Virus record (IMG/VR): IMGVR_UViG_3300042881_003247
Coordinates: 1-38,426 of that record
Origin: a virus
Lineage: Duplodnaviria > Caudoviricetes
Direction: 5' to 3' (one strand)
Length of the DNA: 38,426 nt
Part shown: in pieces, positions 27,031 to 34,563 of the stretch
Layout of the letters: each line of letters starts with the position of its first letter
Numbering within the stretch: position 1 is the first letter of the stretch
The notes under the pieces: model-generated
What the model saw: only the letters and a program-made list of their open reading frames with translations
What the model was told of the DNA's origin: nothing
Databases searched by the model: none
Made by a program: the position numbers and the translations under genes

Positions 27031-27255
27031 ATGAAACCCGCCAAAAGCACCAAGAAAAAGGCGAGCGCCCGCAAGGCGCCGAAAGCAACCAACCTCCAAG
27101 TCAACGTGGAATACCTCGAGCAGATCGCCGACGAGAGCATCGCTACCACCATGGCCATGCGCGGACTTGTCCGCATGCAGAGCATTGAGATCAGGGAGCT
27201 GCGCGCACTCGTTGCCGAGCTGCAGGCAAAACTGGAGGCCCGCGATGCACGCTAA
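27031..27255 (+). CDS. Hypothetical coiled-coil protein
   Basis: Basic N-terminus and heptad C-terminus. Confidence 0.55.
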   Translation: MKPAKSTKKKASARKAPKATNLQVNVEYLEQIADESIATTMAMRGLVRMQSIEIRELRALVAELQAKLEARDAR

Positions 27256-27427
27256 GAACGGCCGCCCCATCAAGCTGGAGGAAGGCGTCCCGGGTTACCC
27301 GCGGATGCACCACCTCCAAATCCACCGCGCGTGCGACCGCTTCCTTGAGAGCCGCGGGCTGGCCACGGTCAGCGCCTCCCGCCGCAATACCTGGCTCTTC
27401 GGCAAGTCGGCAAGGAGGGCCAAATGA
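27245..27427 (+). CDS. Hypothetical protein (MHAKNGRP...)
   Basis: ATG at 27245 after GGAGG; overlaps both neighbours. Confidence 0.5.
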   Translation: MHAKNGRPIKLEEGVPGYPRMHHLQIHRACDRFLESRGLATVSASRRNTWLFGKSARRAK

Positions 27428-27675
27428 TGGTGCCCGATTTGGTGGTCGGCGAGATCGGCTTCGGCAACAACTTCGGCGCCTCCGCAGGGCTGGAGTTTAT
27501 GCGCAACGAAGACCGCCGGCAGACCGCCGAAATCAAAGACCTACAGGCCGAAAACCGTGAGCTGATCCGCAGCAACAATCGCCTCATCCGCGTCTTGAAG
27601 CGCTGCGTCAAGCCCAGCAGCGAAGTCGCCAACGAGGCGTCCGACGCCATTGAGGAAGCCGCCGCCATCCGATGA
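27424..27675 (+). CDS. Hypothetical coiled-coil protein
   Basis: ATGA-coupled. Confidence 0.55.
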   Translation: MMVPDLVVGEIGFGNNFGASAGLEFMRNEDRRQTAEIKDLQAENRELIRSNNRLIRVLKRCVKPSSEVANEASDAIEEAAAIR

Positions 27676-27881
27676 GCCTGCGCTACGAACAATATTGGTC
27701 CCTCCGGCGCACCCGCCAGCTCCTTGCCGACCTTCTGCACCCCAGCACTCGGCCGAAGACGGTCAAGGAGCTGCGCGGCCGCGCGTCCGCCTGCCTGCGC
27801 CACTTCCCGTTCCTTGAAGAATCTGGCAAGCCGATCTTCTCGCAAGACGAGTTTGCTTCACCAGAGGGCCATGAACTATGA
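27672..27881 (+). CDS. Small conserved phage protein (BPSL0761-like)
   Basis: 'RTRQLLADLL.P..RPK...LRGRASACLRHFP' pattern. Confidence 0.55.
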   Translation: MSLRYEQYWSLRRTRQLLADLLHPSTRPKTVKELRGRASACLRHFPFLEESGKPIFSQDEFASPEGHEL

Positions 27882-28138
27882 GCGCCGGCAAAGGCGACAG
27901 CCCGCGGCCGGTCAACGGCGACCGCTACCGGCGCAACTACGAAACCATCTTTGCGCCGCCCTACCCCGCTTGGATCTGCCGCCCCTGCGGCGAAGCCCAC
28001 GGCCGCGGCATGCCCGAAGGCCGCGTCTCGACTTGGCACCAAGACACCTGCGGCGTCTGCGGCGAGGTCACCTCGGTCACCGAACCCCGCGATTTTGGCC
28101 ACCTAAAAAAATGGCCCATTCTCCCAAAAAACCCTTGA
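27878..28138 (+). CDS. Zinc-finger protein
   Basis: 'GKGDSPRP' N-terminus, CRPC...CGVC, and 'TEPRDFG'. Confidence 0.6.
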   Translation: MSAGKGDSPRPVNGDRYRRNYETIFAPPYPAWICRPCGEAHGRGMPEGRVSTWHQDTCGVCGEVTSVTEPRDFGHLKKWPILPKNP

Positions 28139-28172
28139 TTCCCATGCCTACATTTGCCAACATATGCCTACA
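28135..28172 (+). promoter_or_regulatory. Putative promoter with three phased TGCC(A/T)A boxes upstream of the DnaB operon
   Basis: TTGATT followed by TGCCTA (28145), TGCCAA (28155) and TGCCTA (28165). Confidence 0.55.
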
Positions 28173-28204
28173 GAACACGCCACGACAGAAAGTAGTCACC
28201 AGTC

Positions 28205-28423
28205 ATGGCTAACCACGAATACCAGCCGCCACCACCGCCCGAACACCACATCACGCCATGGCTCGAAGAATCATTTCGCTTAGTCGATGCCGCCTGCGAC
28301 CGCTGGGAGCGGCGCCGCGCGCAACTCGCCCGGAGGAAAAAAGAAAATGAGCGTCAGCGAACTCACGCTCTTCAGCCTGCTGATGTGCGCACTGATCTTC
28401 ATTGTCATAGTGATGAGCGATGA
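28205..28423 (+). CDS. Hypothetical protein
   Basis: First ATG after the putative promoter; the 3' end overlaps a possible small TM ORF at ~28347-28448. Confidence 0.4.
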   Translation: MANHEYQPPPPPEHHITPWLEESFRLVDAACDRWERRRAQLARRKKENERQRTHALQPADVRTDLHCHSDER

Positions 28424-28444
28424 CGACGACGAAGGGAGATTTTC

Positions 28445-29827
28445 GTGAAGCGCACCGTTCCCCAATCGCCTGCCGTCGAGCAAGCCGTCCTCGGCAGTCT
28501 GCTCGCCGACCCGCGCCTTGTTGACGAAGTCGCCGGTCTTCACGCCGATCTTTTCTTCACACCCGCGCATCGGCTGGTCTTTGAGACCATCACCGAGATT
28601 CGCAGCGAGGGCGGCACGCCGAACCTCATCGCAACCACGCAGCGCATCGACGCAAAGCATAAGCTGAACTTCGTTGGCGGCGCAGGCGCCATCACCGAGT
28701 TTCTTTCGCAGTCTGCCGGCGGTCCCGCGGGCGTTGAATATCACGCGCAAACCCTTCGAGATCTCCATGCTCGCCGCCGCATCATTGACTCTGCGGTTGC
28801 GATGCAGGCCGCGGCGCAGGACATGGCCACCGATGCCGACAGCGTCCTACAACAATCTGGCGAAGCGGTCCTAAGTCTCAGCCTCACGACCGCCACTGAC
28901 AGCATGCGCGCACCGAGCGCCATCGTCCCCGGACTCCTCGACGAACTGGAAGCCCTCATGTCTGGCGGCCGGAAGCTCGGACTGCAGACCGGCATCCGCG
29001 ACTTCGACCAGGTCACCGGAGGTCTCCGCGGAGGACAGCTCACGATTGTCGCCGGCCGTCCCGCCATGGGCAAAAGCGCGTTGATGTTGAATATGGCGGA
29101 CAACATGGCCCGCCGCGGTGTGCCGGTCGTTTACTTCAGCCTTGAGATGCCCGCCAACGAGTTGGCCGCTCGCGTTGTCTTGAGCCGCGCTGAGACCAAC
29201 ACCGAGATCATCCGCAACGGCTTCCTTACCGCATCCATGAAGCACCGTATCATGGATGCCGCCACGCAGTTTGCCAGCGAACCGCTCTACGTTGATGACC
29301 GCGGCGGTCTGACGCTCCTCGACATCCGCGGCCGCGCCCGCCTAGCCGTCCGCCGCTGGGGCGTGAAAGCGATCTTCGTCGATTACCTACAGCTCGTCAG
29401 CCACTCCGGTGCGCAGTCGCGCGAAAACGAAGTCGGCTTCGTCTCCCGCGGGCTGAAGGCCATGTCGATGGAACTCGGCATCCCAGTAGTCGCCGCCGCG
29501 CAGGTTAACAGGCAGGCCGAAAACCGCAGCGACAACCGCCCGAAGCTCTCCGACCTCCGCGAGTCTGGCAGCATTGAGCAGGACGCCGACATCGTTTGCC
29601 TCGTCCATCGTCCCGCCTACTACGCCGTGCAGGATCAAGAACCCGATCCGCAGGACGCCGAGCTGATCGTTGCCAAGCACCGCGCCGGCCGCACCGGCAC
29701 ACTCAACCTCACATGGCGTCCGAGCCTCACGCGCTTTGAAGGCACTGCCCCGGTCGGCCGCACCAGCGACAGCGATGGCTCGGTCTACGCGCCGGCGAAA
29801 CAACTTTGGGAGGCCATCAATGAATAG
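28445..29827 (+). CDS. dnaB: Replicative DNA helicase DnaB
   Basis: 'AGRPAMGKS' Walker A, 'FSLEM', 'VDYLQL', 'LSDLRESGSIEQDAD' and 'AKHRAG'. Confidence 0.95.
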   Translation: MKRTVPQSPAVEQAVLGSLLADPRLVDEVAGLHADLFFTPAHRLVFETITEIRSEGGTPNLIATTQRIDAKHKLNFVGGAGAITEFLSQSAGGPAGVEYHAQTLRDLHARRRIIDSAVAMQAAAQDMATDADSVLQQSGEAVLSLSLTTATDSMRAPSAIVPGLLDELEALMSGGRKLGLQTGIRDFDQVTGGLRGGQLTIVAGRPAMGKSALMLNMADNMARRGVPVVYFSLEMPANELAARVVLSRAETNTEIIRNGFLTASMKHRIMDAATQFASEPLYVDDRGGLTLLDIRGRARLAVRRWGVKAIFVDYLQLVSHSGAQSRENEVGFVSRGLKAMSMELGIPVVAAAQVNRQAENRSDNRPKLSDLRESGSIEQDADIVCLVHRPAYYAVQDQEPDPQDAELIVAKHRAGRTGTLNLTWRPSLTRFEGTAPVGRTSDSDGSVYAPAKQLWEAINE

Positions 29828-30071
29828 CGAAACGCTTCGTCGCCGCAGCATGTCGCGCCGCTGTGGCAGGGCGTGGAAGTATTCGCGTCCAAGCTGGCCG
29901 GTCATTGTGCAGCTTAAAGATGAGCGCGCTTATGCCTGGGGTGGAATGTGGATTCACCCGTGCGGCATTAGCTACCAAGAGCCGCTTAAAGACGGATTTG
30001 AAGAGGGTTGGGGCGAAGAGCGCTGCAGCTGCGCACTATGCTCAGAATTTCGACAGGAGTTTTGCTCATGA
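29820..30071 (+). CDS. Hypothetical Cys-containing protein
   Basis: Fills the gap between dnaB and the resolvase with overlaps at both ends. Confidence 0.45.
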   Translation: MNSETLRRRSMSRRCGRAWKYSRPSWPVIVQLKDERAYAWGGMWIHPCGISYQEPLKDGFEEGWGEERCSCALCSEFRQEFCS

Positions 30072-30451
30072 TCAACTCCCGTCAGAAAGGCGCCAGCTTT
30101 GAGCGCGAAGTCGCCAAGGCATTGACCGCCGAAGGCTTTCCCGCCAAGCGCGGAGCGCAAGTCTCGCAAGGCGCTTGGGGCGTCAGTGCGCCCGACGTCA
30201 TCGTGCCCTGCTTGCCGGATTTCCACTTCGAGTGCAAGCGGCATGGGCGCGCTCGCTTTGATCTTGATGCGGCCGTCGATCAGGCGCGCCACGACGCGGG
30301 TTATTTTTACGGCGGCAGCCGAAAGATTGCCGTCATCCACCGCAAAGACCATTGCGACATGCTTGTCACCATGCCGTTTGAGGACTTTGCCGCTCTCGTG
30401 CGTCATTCCGACTTTCCCGTCCAACCAAAAACACAAACACCAACCACATGA
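30068..30451 (+). CDS. Holliday junction resolvase (Hjc-like PD-(D/E)XK)
   Basis: 'NSRQKGASFEREVA...PDV...FECKR'. Confidence 0.8.
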   Translation: MINSRQKGASFEREVAKALTAEGFPAKRGAQVSQGAWGVSAPDVIVPCLPDFHFECKRHGRARFDLDAAVDQARHDAGYFYGGSRKIAVIHRKDHCDMLVTMPFEDFAALVRHSDFPVQPKTQTPTT

Positions 30452-30990
30452 AAACCAAAAGAGACATCATCGAACTAGGAACAACGCCGGTCGGCACCGC
30501 CGTCTATGCGTGGCTTGACAAGCCCGACCCCATGGGCAGCGATAGCCAAAACTACACCCCGAAATTCAAGGTCACAATCGACTTTGAGCCGGAGGACATT
30601 GAGGAATGGCTCAACAACTTCAAGGCAAAGACCAAGGAGTTCGTCACAGAGGAGTCCAAGAAAAACGGCAAACAATACACGCCCAAGCAACTCTGGTCCG
30701 AAGTTGACGGCAAGATCCGCGTCGTCTTCAAGTCCAACGTCAAGCCGGACGGCGGCCGCTACTTCAAGGTCTACGACGAAGAGGTCAAAGAGACCGACCG
30801 CGCCGTCTGGAGCAACAGCAAGCTGCGTGTCAAAGCCCTCGGCATGCCTTACGCCATGGCCAAGGACAATGCCGGTATCAGCCCGATCATCGGCGCCATC
30901 CAGGTCGCCGAGTTCTCCACGGGATCTGGCGGCGGCAAGGCCGACTTCGATCCGATTAAGCCCGACTTCAACACCGAAGAATCTTGGTAG
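30448..30990 (+). CDS. ssDNA-binding protein, T7 gp2.5-like
   Basis: 'GTAVYAWLDKPD', 'FKVTI', 'SKLRV', 'AIQVAE' and an acidic tail ending in an aromatic residue (EESW). Confidence 0.75.
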   Translation: MKTKRDIIELGTTPVGTAVYAWLDKPDPMGSDSQNYTPKFKVTIDFEPEDIEEWLNNFKAKTKEFVTEESKKNGKQYTPKQLWSEVDGKIRVVFKSNVKPDGGRYFKVYDEEVKETDRAVWSNSKLRVKALGMPYAMAKDNAGISPIIGAIQVAEFSTGSGGGKADFDPIKPDFNTEESW

Positions 30991-30992
30991 CC

Positions 30993-31760
30993 ATGCCTGC
31001 CAAAACAACGGCCAAAAGGGGGGCGGCAAAACGCCGCCCCCCAAAGAAAGCGCCCGAGCCGGCGCCAGATCGCTTCACCGAAGATGGCAAGCGCATCGTT
31101 AAGCTCGAGAAAACCCGCGCGCACCAGCGCTACATTCTCAAAAACGGCACGCAAGTTCCCGGAGCTTCAACGATCTGCAAAATCGGCGACGACAACTCCT
31201 CGTTGATTCACTGGGCCTGGCAATTGGGCATCGACGGCATTGACTACAGAAAAGCAAGAGACCAAGCAGCGGACATTGGGACGATCTGCCATTTTATGAT
31301 TGAATGTTTTTTGCACGGTCATGTGGCGGACCTTACTGAGTTTTCGCCCGCGGACATTGAACGCGCCACCGTGGCGTATGGCAATTTCCGCAAATGGTGG
31401 GACGAGGAAGGCTTGGTCGTTCTTGAGCCAGAGGTCCAGCTTGTCAGCGAACAGCACGGCTTTGGCGGCACCATCGACGCCCCAAGCAAAGACCGCCACG
31501 GCAACATCGTGTTGCTCGACTGGAAGACATCTAAAGGCATCTGGCCTTCGCATCGTTTCCAGTTGGCAGCTTATGAACGCCTCTGGAATGAAAACCGTCC
31601 AGACCAGCAAGTAAGCCGGCGCGCCGTTGTCCGAATTGGCAAGAATGCCGAAGGCGACTTTGAGGTCGGCTGGATGGCCAGCAGCGAAGCCGAGTGGCGC
31701 GTATTCCAAAAGCGCCTCGAGCTTTACTACGCCCAAAACGACTACAAGAAAGCCGCCTAA
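30993..31760 (+). CDS. PD-(D/E)XK exonuclease (Cas4/RecB-like family)
   Basis: 'GTICH', 'GGTIDA', 'LLDWKTS' and 'QLAAY'. Confidence 0.8.
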   Translation: MPAKTTAKRGAAKRRPPKKAPEPAPDRFTEDGKRIVKLEKTRAHQRYILKNGTQVPGASTICKIGDDNSSLIHWAWQLGIDGIDYRKARDQAADIGTICHFMIECFLHGHVADLTEFSPADIERATVAYGNFRKWWDEEGLVVLEPEVQLVSEQHGFGGTIDAPSKDRHGNIVLLDWKTSKGIWPSHRFQLAAYERLWNENRPDQQVSRRAVVRIGKNAEGDFEVGWMASSEAEWRVFQKRLELYYAQNDYKKAA

Positions 31761-32111
31761 ATGAAACGCACCCGCCGGTTCGTCGTCCGAGAACAGACAT
31801 TTGGTCTGGTCGTGGAGTTCTATTGCGGAACTCCCCAAGCGTCGGCGATCCGGCGGTGTGCGAACATTCTCCAGCTTGACCCCAAAGACCCCGACAACCA
31901 GCCCGACGACAGCGACGCCGCCTGGGCGATGTGTTGCGGAGGCCAAGCGGTCGTTTGGATTGAAGACGCCTCAGACACCGGATCGCTCGTCCATGAGCTG
32001 TATCACGTTGTGCAGGATTTCCTAAAGCACATCACCAGCAGCGACGAGGAAACCGGCGCTTACTTGATCCAATACCTTTTCCGAGAAGCCATCAGAAAAA
32101 ACAAACCATGA
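31761..32111 (+). CDS. Small HExxH zincin-like protein
   Basis: 'LVHELYHVV...DEETGAYL'. Confidence 0.6.
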   Translation: MKRTRRFVVREQTFGLVVEFYCGTPQASAIRRCANILQLDPKDPDNQPDDSDAAWAMCCGGQAVVWIEDASDTGSLVHELYHVVQDFLKHITSSDEETGAYLIQYLFREAIRKNKP

Positions 32112-32263
32112 AAAAACCCGCAGGACTATACGCCAACATACACGCCAAAAAAGCCCGCATCGCCGCCGGAAGCGGTGAACGCATGCGCAAACCCGGTTCT
32201 GCCGGCGCGCCCACCGCCAAAGCCTTCCGCGCATCCGCCAAGACCGCCAAAGCGCGCCGATGA
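32108..32263 (+). CDS. Small basic phage protein (MKKPAGLYANIHAKKARIAAGSGERMRKPGS...)
   Basis: Read by hand, 51 aa; a recurrent small basic phage protein with ATGA overlaps. Confidence 0.7.
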   Translation: MKKPAGLYANIHAKKARIAAGSGERMRKPGSAGAPTAKAFRASAKTAKARR

Positions 32264-32415
32264 CCTCCGGCGCCCTCATCGCCTTGGTCGGCTTCATCTA
32301 CTTCGCCGTCGCCATCGACCTCGGCCTCATCCAACACCGCTACTGGCACGGTCTCATATGGCTCGGCTATGCGGTGGCGCAAATTGGGCTATGGAGGGTA
32401 ACCATTTATGACTAA
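32260..32415 (+). CDS. Small two-TM membrane protein
   Basis: Read by hand: MTSGALIALVGFIYFAVAIDLGLIQHRYWHGLIWLGYAVAQIGLWRVTIYD. Confidence 0.6.
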   Translation: MTSGALIALVGFIYFAVAIDLGLIQHRYWHGLIWLGYAVAQIGLWRVTIYD

Positions 32416-32587
32416 GCCCCGAGATATGTACGACCTGACGAGTCATCCGACCGACACGCCAGAGATCAAGGCCAAGCTCAAGCAGGCTATCAAACTTTAC
32501 AACGAAGTCGGCCGCGACCGCGCCAGCAACAATTTGCCCGCCCTCGTCGCCGCCTTCGCCGCGCGCAAGCGCAAACAATCAAAATGA
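32408..32587 (+). CDS. Small hypothetical protein (59 aa)
   Basis: Read by hand: MTKPRDMYDLTSHPTDTPEIKAKLKQAIKLYNEVG... Confidence 0.5.
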   Translation: MTKPRDMYDLTSHPTDTPEIKAKLKQAIKLYNEVGRDRASNNLPALVAAFAARKRKQSK

Positions 32588-32596
32588 CTTTCAAGT

Positions 32597-32698
32597 TGCA
32601 GGCTCAAGCGGGTTCTCGCCGGCGTTCATGTGGTGTGACGCCGCGGACCATCTCCGGGATGCCCAGCTCCACCGAGCGAGACGAGTGGGGCGCCTGCA
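32597..32698 (+). ncRNA. Candidate multi-stem structured RNA
   Basis: Intergenic, with nested stems TGCAGGC/GCCTGCA, TCTCGC/GCGAGA, CGGCGT/ACGCCG and CGGA/TCCG. Confidence 0.4.
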
Positions 32699-32708
32699 CA
32701 TCTTTTCC

Positions 32709-32918
32709 ATGATCTCTTGGCCACCCCAAAACTTCCGCGTTGAGGTAGACGGCATCGGCACCTGCCGCGTGCTCTACGTTGTCGCGCAGGGTGGCATGGA
32801 GAACGACTACGTCACCGTCTGCCGCGAAGACAACGGCCGGTGGCTGACTGCGCGCATCGACCAGCTCGCTGCTGCGGAGAATCCGACTTTGGACATTTTG
32901 GGCGCTGGCACGGCTTAA
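32709..32918 (+). CDS. Hypothetical protein (MISWPPQNFRVEVDGIG...)
   Basis: ATG at 32709 just after the structured element. Confidence 0.6.
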   Translation: MISWPPQNFRVEVDGIGTCRVLYVVAQGGMENDYVTVCREDNGRWLTARIDQLAAAENPTLDILGAGTA

Positions 32919-32966
32919 CAAAATCGGCCCTGGGGAGGGTCCGAGCGTCAACCAGCCAGCGCCCGA
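32898..32966 (+). ncRNA. Candidate cis-regulatory RNA structure immediately upstream of queD
   Basis: 10-bp outer stem GGGCGCTGGC/GCCAGCGCCC encloses the hairpin TCGGCCCT-GGGG-AGGGTCCGA, ending ~10 nt before the ATG. Confidence 0.4.
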
Positions 32967-32974
32967 TCTATTTA

Positions 32975-33328
32975 ATGAAATACGAAATTACTAAAACCTA
33001 CCGCTTTGAGGCCGCGCACTCGCTGCCACATCTCCCGGCAGGCCATCAATGCCACCGGCTGCACGGCCACAGCTACGAAGTGCTGGTTGGCGTGTGCGGC
33101 CCGATCGCTAACGAATGGGTGCAGGATTACGCGGACATCAGCGCCGTGGTGAAGCCGATCGTGGCGTCCCTCGATCACCGAAACCTCAACGACATCCTGC
33201 CATGCGCAACCACTGCCGAAAACCTTGCCGCGTGGCTTTGGCGCGAATTGCAGCCGCGATTGCCGCTGCTTTCCCGCGTCGAAGTCCGCGAAACCCCAAC
33301 CTCAAACGTGATTCTAACCAATGGCTAA
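32975..33328 (+). CDS. queD: 6-carboxy-5,6,7,8-tetrahydropterin synthase QueD
   Basis: 'FEAAH', 'CHRLHGHSY', 'LDH', 'TAEN' and 'ETPTS'. Confidence 0.92.
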   Translation: MKYEITKTYRFEAAHSLPHLPAGHQCHRLHGHSYEVLVGVCGPIANEWVQDYADISAVVKPIVASLDHRNLNDILPCATTAENLAAWLWRELQPRLPLLSRVEVRETPTSNVILTNG

Positions 33329-33938
33329 GTTCGTTCATCTCATGTCGGGCGGGCTGGATAGTACCACCCTACTTTACGACCTTCTGCATCAAGGCCACAA
33401 AGCCCATTGCCTGCTCTACGACTACGGACAAAGGCACATCAAAGAACTGACCTTTGCCGAGGCGACTTGCGCCAAGCTGGGCGTCAAATACGACAAGATC
33501 ACATTGCCGCATCAGTTGTTTGATCGGTGCGCGATGACCAACCCAGACGGCCAGCCGCTTGTGGGCCATCCGACCATCGTGCCAAACCGCAACATGGTCT
33601 TGATCGCTATGGCAGCAAGCTATGCGCTCTCGCACGGCTGCACGGCGGTATCCTGCGCGGTCAACGGCGACGATGCCGAGGTTTATCCCGATTGCCGCGC
33701 CGACTTTATGAAGCACCTCAATTTTGCCCTGCGGTGCTGCCACACGCGGCGAATGGAAGTGCATCTGCCCTACATCGTCCGAACCAAGGCCAAGGTGGTC
33801 GATATTGCATGGCGGCTAAACGTGCCGCTGGAAGAAACGTGGTCATGCTACGCGGGCGGCAACGAGCCGTGCGGCCAATGTGGTGCGTGCCAAGTCAGAC
33901 TGAAAGCCATTGCAGATGCTGGTAATGCCCTCAAATAA
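33321..33938 (+). CDS. queC: 7-cyano-7-deazaguanine synthase QueC
   Basis: 'SGGLDS' PP-loop, 'YGQRH..E', 'VPNRN', 'YPDCR' and 'WSCY...CGQCGAC' Zn site. Confidence 0.93.
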   Translation: MAKFVHLMSGGLDSTTLLYDLLHQGHKAHCLLYDYGQRHIKELTFAEATCAKLGVKYDKITLPHQLFDRCAMTNPDGQPLVGHPTIVPNRNMVLIAMAASYALSHGCTAVSCAVNGDDAEVYPDCRADFMKHLNFALRCCHTRRMEVHLPYIVRTKAKVVDIAWRLNVPLEETWSCYAGGNEPCGQCGACQVRLKAIADAGNALK

Positions 33939-34563
33939 TTCTGGCATAGAAATAGGCTATCTCGCAGGCAAGCACGAGGGCCGGATCGGCTGGCTTATTA
34001 GCCCAGGAGGTTGGCGACGCCCTCCGAGCTGGCTTTCCTACGCGATTGACAACGGAGCGTTCACGGCGTGGAAAAACAACGAGCGATGGGACGAGGGCGC
34101 CTTTCTTGACTTGATTGATCGCACCAAGGGCCACCAGCGGCCAAGGTGGATTGCGGTGCCAGACGTTGTGGCAGACAAGGATGCCACAAAAGCCCTGTGG
34201 CCAGAGTGGTCAAGTCGCATTCGCCTCGCGGCCCCGCACGTTCCGCTCGCATTTGTCGTCCAAGATGGCATGGAGCCGCATGACGTGCCGCAAGACGCAG
34301 AAATAATTTTTGTCGGAGGATCGACCGACTGGAAATGGGCCACGCTTGGAGTCTGGTCAAAGCATTGGAAGCGCGTTCACGTTGGCCGCGTCAATACCGA
34401 GCGCCGACTTTGGCAGTGCCATGAGCACGGCGTAGAATCCTGCGACGGCACAGGATGGATGCGCGGAGACCAAGAGCAAATTGAAGGACTGCGCCGGTAT
34501 TTGAGGCTGTCTACGCGAAACGACAAGCCCATGCAAATGGTCATGGAGGCTATTGCGGCTTAG
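33910..34563 (+). CDS. Compact TGT-fold protein, DpdA-like deazaguanine DNA transglycosylase
   Basis: Ordered motifs 'IDNGAF', 'PDVV', 'VVQDG', 'FVGGS', 'VHVGR' and 'SCDGTGW' parallel the TGT/DpdA motifs DSGGF, D, VQG, GG, H..G and DS; it lies next to queD/queC. Confidence 0.7.
   Translation: MQMLVMPSNNSGIEIGYLAGKHEGRIGWLISPGGWRRPPSWLSYAIDNGAFTAWKNNERWDEGAFLDLIDRTKGHQRPRWIAVPDVVADKDATKALWPEWSSRIRLAAPHVPLAFVVQDGMEPHDVPQDAEIIFVGGSTDWKWATLGVWSKHWKRVHVGRVNTERRLWQCHEHGVESCDGTGWMRGDQEQIEGLRRYLRLSTRNDKPMQMVMEAIAA

Noticed and set aside
32898-32974. Canonical preQ1-I riboswitch
   Set aside because: It lacks the short AGAGGTTCTAG-type stem-loop and 3' A-rich tail arrangement; kept only as an unclassified structure.
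32628-33328. Longer starts given by the ORF track (32628, 32840; likewise 3200, 6034, 11503, 21409, 30008)
   Set aside because: The extensions overlap upstream genes or structured elements; downstream ATGs give coupled, family-consistent N-termini.
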